NCBI GenBank assembly: GCA_020137815.1
Contig: CM035359.1
Location: 2,108,001-2,172,000, forward strand
From: Hormiphora californensis
Lineage: Eukaryota; Animalia; Ctenophora
Direction: 5' to 3'
Length of the DNA stretch: 64,000 nt
Shown here: positions 25,357 through 64,000 of the stretch, piece after piece
How positions within the stretch are numbered: the first letter of the stretch is position 1
Layout of the letters: the number at the start of each line of letters is the position of its first letter
The notes under the pieces: model-generated
The model's input: only the letters and a program-made list of their open reading frames with translations
What the model was told of the DNA's origin: nothing
The model's database searches: none
Translations under genes and position numbers: made by a program

Positions 25357-25664
25357 CTCTCTCTCTTTACATCCTTTCTTCAACGATATTTCTCTATCTT
25401 TTTTGCTACACAATCGCAATTTTATCCACTATCTTTTCTATTTCTCTTAATCTTCAACTCTCTTTCTTTCTTTCAGAACATCTTCCTTGTAGGGTACATA
25501 AAATATCATACACCATTTCTCTCTCTCTGATTTCTATCTTTCTTTCTACTCTCTGTCTTTCTTTCTACTCTAGCTCTCGATTACTTTGAGAATATCTATC
25601 TTTCTCGGAACCTAAAAAGAAGTATACTATCAACCCCTCCCTTTCTGTCATCCCGCCTGGAAAC

Positions 25665-26262
25665 ACCCTCCCCTGTTTATCACCCGCTACAACCCCAAAC
25701 ACCCTCTCCTGTTTATCACCCGCTACAACCCCAAACACCCTCCCCTGTTTATCACCCCGCTACAACCCCAAACACACTCCCCTGTTTATCACCCCGCTAC
25801 AACCCCAAACACCCCCCTGTTTATCACCCGCTACAACCCCAAACACCCTCTCCTGTTTATCACCCGCTACAACCCCAAACACCCTCCCCTGTTTATCACC
25901 CCGCTACAACCCCAAACACACTCCCCTGTTTATCACCCGCTACAACCCCAAACACCCCCCTGTTTATCACCCGCTACAACCCCAAACACCCTCTCCTGTT
26001 TATCACCCGCTACAACCCCAAACACCCTCTCCTGTTTATCACCCCGCTACAACCCCAAACACCCCCCCTGTTTATCACCCCGCTACAACCCCAAACACAC
26101 TCCGCTGTTTATCACCCGCTACAACCCCAAACACCCCCCTGTTTATCACCCGCTACAACCCCAAACACCCTCTCCTGTTTATCACCCCGCTACAACCCCA
26201 AACACCCTCCCCTGTTTATCACCCCGCTACAACCCCAAACACCCTCCCCTGTTTGTCACCCG
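25665..26262. repeat. ~35-bp minisatellite (cctgtttatcacccgctacaaccccaaacac..) just upstream of the zinc-finger gene
   Basis: About 17 tandem copies with no unique spacers. Confidence 0.95.
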
Positions 26263-26369
26263 CACATTTTACACATTTTATCACACATTTTACCCGCTAG
26301 CATAGCATTTTGCATGGTAATTGGAAGCTGAAGAGCAGCACCACAACTAGTGTGTGATAGTGTGAGGCT

Positions 26370-58155
<31,786 letters not shown>

Positions 58156-59229
58156 CAGTTGAAATGGCGTCCTAAAAAGAGGGGAAGTTGTCAGAGAGAA
58201 AGAGGAAAGAGAGAGGAAAGATTATAGACTGCCAGTGAGATATTGAAAAAGAGGGAAAGAAAATGAATTTTTATAGTTTACTGTTTAATGTTACACCCCA
58301 TATATAATTAATATTTACACGTTATTATTGGTTAAGTTAGTACGAGAGAGAGAGAGAGAGAATCACGAGAGACCAAGGTATTAAAATGCATTGTTACACA
58401 GCGGAATAGAATATAACATTGGATACACAATATGTCAGTCCAAACCCTATCAGTTTCCGCTAACAACTCTGTTAAGATCATACAACTCTTAATACAATTT
58501 TCAATTTTAATCCCCAAATAACTTGTATTCAGTGTTCTATCGGTTAACATAATTTGTCTCTCTCTTATCTCCCGGTCCATTATTGGACCAAATGAGAGGA
58601 AATATGATGAATTATATGTGGGAATAGGTTGACCCCGGAAAAAGGGCGGGAAGGTTCAGTGTTGGGGAACTGTGTGCCACGTCTCGGTCACACTTTCACC
58701 AGATGACCTCTGTTCGGCGTTAGAATTCGCGCGCTACCGTTTAGAAAGTACTTTGGTGTCAGTTCAGCGATAGGGGCGCGCACGACCGATGTTCGCGCCT
58801 TACATTGTTCACGTTTTCGCGCGGGCTCTGATCAGGGGCTCTGTGTGTGTGAATCCTGTGGACCGACACGGAAGGGCATATCCTTCCGGACATAATGGAA
58901 ATGTGTTACCGCTGTCAATTCAAGTGTTTAGGAGATGATTTCTAGACGTTTTTATTATCCGAAAATACCTGTTTTCGCCCTTGTGCGCCAAAATCGGACG
59001 CGCAAATTCAAAGCCGCGCACAAAATGTTTATTTCGCGCGCGCTTAAATTATTCTGAAAATCCTTGAGTTTGAAAATTGAAAATGACACTCGAGATTTTT
59101 TTTCAGAACATTTATCTTCAAAGATTCAATTTTCTGTTTACCCGTTACCGGGCGCGATGTCTTTCTAAGAATGGATAGAAAATTATGAACATGAAAAGTA
59201 TGAGTTAGTTTGACACAATTGTTTGTCTG

Positions 59230-59825
59230 ATCATTGTATTTTACAGAAATTAACAAAGTATCCCGTTTTCACGCCGTACAACAGCTCGCTTCTGACGAAT
59301 AAATAGAGTTCAAAATCGGCTGAGCATACTTGGAGGACCCCGCACGTCTGCCAAACCATCTCTTCGGGGGAATATTTAAGAAGTCAATAATACAGAATTT
59401 GTAAAATTCGGAGTCCTTTCCTTGGCCGTACTGTCGTAGAGAAAGTAGCTTGGATGCGTCTTTGAAAGCAGCAACGGCAATGCTGAAATGAGAATTTCAT
59501 TAAATGAATTACTTCGACTGATTGAACGACCTATACTGTTTACTCTCGTTACCTGTAGTTTATACAGTTATTGTGCATTAGGAACTGTACGTCTCGCCGG
59601 AGGGTTGACATAAGTTTACCGTCATCTGCTGATAGATATCGTCCAGCATCCACCCTGCATGTTTGGAACAGTTTTTAAAACTTTGCCTATGACTGATACG
59701 TAGACTCTTGTACAGAGCTTTTACTTACTCTTTGAATTCAGTCAGATCGTAGGCGTGAGAACCGTGTGCGTATCGTACATTTTCCATCACAATAACGTTA
59801 ATTTTCGGTTGAAATTTCATGAACT
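59230..59825 (-). pseudogene. Possible degenerate spliced coding fragments, family not recognised
   Basis: TTTCAG acceptors and a GTAACG donor frame protein-like stretches (KNCSKHAGWMLDDIYQQM.., KYSPEEMVWQTCGVLQVC..) broken by stops and frameshifts. Confidence 0.25.
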
Positions 59826-60294
59826 GAAACAGAAACTAAATTAAAACGCAAAATTCCCTTGGCTCACTTGGATTTTTTAGTATTTCTTACGGGGTTTGTT
59901 TGTCAAGCTGAATATACCTTGATACGATAAAGCCCCATGATTCGAAGTAGAAAGCTCTCCTCGTTTGAACTAACAAAGTTACAATACTCGGGAAGCAGCT
60001 TCACCAAGCTCCTGTATTCCGACTGGGAGGAAGAGTGATAAATTAGAATTCTTCTACTTTTCTAATGTTATCTAAATGGTTTTGTTATCTAATGGTTTTG
60101 CGATAAGCCTAAGTAAGTGTGGTACAGTCGGACCCTAATTTACCGGAACCTGAGTAATCGTTCACCATGATATGATTAACCTTCTCCGATCAGCCCGACA
60201 AACCAGGGTCTGACTGTATACAATTCTAGAAACAAATTGACGATACATGTTTAATTTATTAATCGTTACATACAAAATATGAGTGCTTACAGCA

Positions 60295-61578
60295 TCACAA
60301 GTCCTGTGCTATAATAGGTGTCAACAAATTATGTGTCCCTCCGAACCACTGCTGCTGTACCACACCAACCAGCACCATCCCCACAGCAACCCCCGCTGCT
60401 CGGAAACTCCACAAGTAGGACCAACAACCGAGAATAGCTCCACCCACAACTGGACCCAGGAAAGATCCACCATAGTAGCCGATATTGTAGACCATCGTCA
60501 TGCGTTCTGTTGCCATGGTAACATCATCACCACCATGATGTTGGATCAGGAGTGGCAGGATGCTGACCTGGACAACCCCTGCTGATATCTCGAGAAGGGT
60601 AAACAGTACACAGGATAGGATGAATGAAGCTGTGATATCGGAGGCAAGGATGGATCTGGTATCAAGGAATGTACAGGAGAGTGATGTCAGGATGAGTCCT
60701 GTAACGATAGTAACAGATCGGGGAAGATTCCGATCGGTTAGAAATCCAACTGTACCGGTTACAGCAATATCAATAATCCCAGTTATCATCATGATTGTCC
60801 CTGTAACCGCCTCACTTTTCCCGTAGACGTTCCTGAAGTAGACGCTGAGGAATGAGGATAGGAAGACCTCGCTTCCCACAACCACACCTAGGACAATGAT
60901 ACCGAGTTGTACCACTGGTATAGAGTAAAGGGGCGGTGATGGAGCATCCTTCTCTGTCACTAGTGCAGACTTCTCATTATCTGGATCATGAAATCCTTGT
61001 TGACCAGTTGTGCGGAAGAGGACTGAGCAGATGAGGGCCATGACAAATACCAGACCTCCAGCAGCAGCAATAGCTAGTTTAAATCCACCCCATGTATACA
61101 GCCATCCCCCTAGAAACGGTCCTATCGCAACAGCAACACTGAATGACAACTCAAACGCAGTCGATATTAAACCAAGTTTATCTGGAAACATCCCCGCCAT
61201 CATAGCGACGACTTTGGGCTCCATAACGGCATCATACATACCGAGAACAACTCGAGTTGTCATGACAACGACTATAAACATTCCTCTGCTGAGGGGAAGG
61301 TAGAACACCACGCTGGCAAGGAGCGGAACAGGAGCAGTGACAAGAAGGAAGGAGGGTGTGTCAAACCGGGTAAAATAGTGTGCTAGAACTGAGAATATAC
61401 AGCCGGATAGGGGGTAGAGACCGGTGGCGATGCCCGATACAGTCGTGGAGAAGTTGTGTCGGATAGATATTTCACAGGTTAGGAATGGCATTGGCAGGGT
61501 TAGGAGGATGTTCTGAGAGATGATCATCCCGCACCCTGCGATGAAGAAGATAATACTCCGAGCTGAGGATAGAGCCAT
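60295..61578 (-). CDS. Intronless MFS transporter, SLC18B1-like (427 aa)
   Basis: About 12 hydrophobic segments; motifs TRVVLG, AIGPFLGGWLYTWGGF, VGFLTDR and FLGPVVGG. Confidence 0.85.
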   Translation of the reverse strand: MALSSARSIIFFIAGCGMIISQNILLTLPMPFLTCEISIRHNFSTTVSGIATGLYPLSGCIFSVLAHYFTRFDTPSFLLVTAPVPLLASVVFYLPLSRGMFIVVVMTTRVVLGMYDAVMEPKVVAMMAGMFPDKLGLISTAFELSFSVAVAIGPFLGGWLYTWGGFKLAIAAAGGLVFVMALICSVLFRTTGQQGFHDPDNEKSALVTEKDAPSPPLYSIPVVQLGIIVLGVVVGSEVFLSSFLSVYFRNVYGKSEAVTGTIMMITGIIDIAVTGTVGFLTDRNLPRSVTIVTGLILTSLSCTFLDTRSILASDITASFILSCVLFTLLEISAGVVQVSILPLLIQHHGGDDVTMATERMTMVYNIGYYGGSFLGPVVGGAILGCWSYLWSFRAAGVAVGMVLVGVVQQQWFGGTHNLLTPIIAQDL

Positions 61579-63030
61579 ATGTCTCTGTAGGATGCGTGTG
61601 TGTTTAGTTTCCCCGCGGTATTAGACACTTGCAATACGATGTGACATACCAAGCAAAATATAAAAGTGATATGGATAAACATGTGACAAAAGGGGCCGGT
61701 ATGGAAGCTTCTTATCAGAGAAATGCTTCGGTAGAGGAAACCGAAGAAGCTTGAATTAAGTTTGAAATTGTATATGTCCCATGTACCACGGCGACGAACA
61801 AGGGCCGGCTCGGGCAACGGGAGTAAAGACTCGAATTCATGATAACTATAGCGATAACCCGATAAACACAAAATCAGAAAGTTTGGACGAGAGGTATATA
61901 GTATTGAATATTCTTGAATATATACCTTACTCTCGTTAATTAAGCTCGCATATTTCAAGAAACTTTTAAATAAGAAACTTTTTTTCTAGGAAACTACAGG
62001 TGTTAGCAATCCAAAAACAAAAAGAATTTCTCCTTTATCAAGAAACTAAACAAGTTAGGGGTGTTCTATTTTGTTGTGGCGTCCCTGAATTGTGTAATTT
62101 ACATTTTAAAAGTTTCTTATAAAAAAGTTTCTTACTAAAGCGTTTCTTAAAAAACGAGAGTAAGGTAATAGTATTGAATATTCTTGAATATAGTATTGAA
62201 TATTCTTATAGTATTGAATATTCTTACCCTGGAAATGTTTCGCACTAATTACTGGCTGTCTTGTGTTTTGAAACAAATGTTGGCCTGACAGAGGACGCAA
62301 CAATATAGGTCTTTCTAACAATGGGGCTGTTTGTTGAAGATGCACATTTCTGCTACATCGGTGCTAAATTTGAGGGGTAAGTGCAATACCTACATAGATG
62401 TCTGTCTACCAAGTCTAAAATAGGGGGACTATATGTCTAGACAAAGACCAGTTAGGATAGTCTACAAAGATGTGTTGGACGAGATCAGGTATTGAATATT
62501 CTTACCCTGGAAATGTTTCGCACTAAGTACTGGCTGTCTTGTGTTTTGAAACAAATGTTGGCTGTTTTCCCAATCGTTACCTCATTCATAGTTAAACCTT
62601 TCAGCGACTTTAAAAAATCCTGGGCGGAAATAATATTAATCTCAAAGTGCCAAATCCTGGGCGGAAAATAATATTAATCTCAAAGTGCCAAAGTTTGATA
62701 GGATATTGCTATTATTTGAGAGTATATCATTAATTAAGGGTAATCACCTCAGGATTAATTCTCCAAACTGACTCCCTTAGTTGGCGGAAGTGATTAGCAA
62801 AACACTCGATAGCACAGATATCAGTTCCTTCTAGAGTGGTTGTGTTGTAGCTGCAGGACCGAGAAGAACGTCTAGTGGTATCCGAGTATTTCATCAGGCA
62901 GTCCTAAAAGTAGGTTCATACAATTTAGATAGAATATAAAGAAAAGAGAGAAAGAAAGATCACTCGATTTGCTATCGGTACGATCGCCCTAGTTCTACTT
63001 CTACTACTATAAGTCTTAATAATTAACAAA

Positions 63031-63935
63031 TTATTCCTTCTGAGGACCTACCAAGATGACGGTTTTGGTAAAAAGCTGGACTCGTTCCTTAAAATACTTC
63101 TCGGCGTTTGGGTAAACTGATGTGTCTTCATTCATCGTTTCTCTTGTAGCCGATAGTAACAACTGTTCCGCACTCCCATTCAAAGACGACCCTTCACTCG
63201 ATTTATTCTGGGGATTTGGAACTTTGAATCGGCAAGTGTTAATGGTGGAACGCACTGGGAACGCACCTAAATGAAACAATAGAAGCTATAGACTCCTGAT
63301 TTTAGCCAAAGTACCTTATTCACGTCCCCACTGACCTGATCATATTTGATGTTTAGACCAATTTTGAACTTGCCACAAAGATGCCACATAACTAGGTCCA
63401 GAAGACATCGTAGAGACGAGACTATATTGATTGCTAACAAGATGACATTACATTGGGATGATCTTTTATCCAGTAATTTCGTGTGGCTGAGGAGGGTTTT
63501 AGTCATCAGAGACAGGCATTATATTATAGTAGTAAATTTTTATAATCGAAACTAGATGTTTTGTTGCAATCATCAGAATCCTTGATCCTTTGAACTTATT
63601 AGTTCAGACTGTGACTTACCTTGCAATTAAATCCAGGACGTTATCTGGGAATGTAAACAGGAAAAATATCGCAACCAACCGAAGTAGATTACTGAAAAAA
63701 GGATTGCAATGAACGATTAGCCTGACTATCTTACTTCTGTCAGCACGACCACTCTCCTCGCTCTGATCTCAGTACGAGAAAGGGTGATGCAGATTGCAGA
63801 TGTCAGATATTCAGCCTTGTCTTACTTCAAGTGATGGGCGTCGAACCAGAGTTTTAGCTTTTTAGCTTGGAGTCCTATTGACAGTGCTACGATCCATGTT
63901 AAAATGAAGCAGACCGTAATCGCAGAACTGAAATC
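63031..63935 (-). pseudogene. Possible decayed membrane-protein (GPCR-like) gene fragments
   Basis: Hydrophobic pieces (AITVCFILTWIVALSIG; VILLAINIVSSLRCLLDLVMWHLC) with stops and frameshifts; a GTAAGT donor near 63619. Confidence 0.25.
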
Positions 63936-64000
63936 TGAAAATGAAGAGCGAAAATTAGTGCCTGCATGAATTAGGATTAATCATAATCATAATCAAACAT

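Noticed and set aside
25665-26262. CRISPR-sized repeat period
   Set aside because: Units are contiguous with no unique spacers; no cas genes; eukaryotic context.
60283-61303. Plus-strand ORFs overlapping the transporter
   Set aside because: Antisense shadows of the MFS coding sequence.

Overview
Intron-rich animal genomic DNA, inferred to be ctenophore. The inference rests on a nested gene carrying a domain I recognise from ctenophore proteins (WTAIERGVK..LEGTPLQIKTDSTLGS..SDFYRA) and on the nested intronic genes. Genes: (1) the 3' part of a large Cys-rich TIL/thyroglobulin-1/ShKT protein with a C-terminal beta-trefoil-like domain (+, to 20147); (2) a 5-exon gene (20852-22899) ending in a piggyBac-type Cys-rich zinc finger, with an apparent alternative last exon encoding two C2H2 fingers (23765-23985); (3) a poly-C2H2 gene with roughly 50 fingers (26370-58155), whose introns hold an intact stand-alone NPC1 N-terminal-domain gene and a decayed sushi-domain gene, both antisense; (4) an intronless SLC18B1-like MFS transporter. 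The introns are packed with non-autonomous DNA transposons (Helitron, piggyBac, Kolobok-like, Harbinger, Tc1/pogo, Sola-like, foldback palindromes). Two 5'-truncated non-LTR retrotransposons each sit inside the GA/CT core of an inverted-repeat element: an L2-like copy with an open RT ORF, and an R4/Dong-like copy whose 3'UTR carries three copies of a covarying two-hairpin/pseudoknot RNA module. All gene models and structures were derived by eye; no database searches were run.
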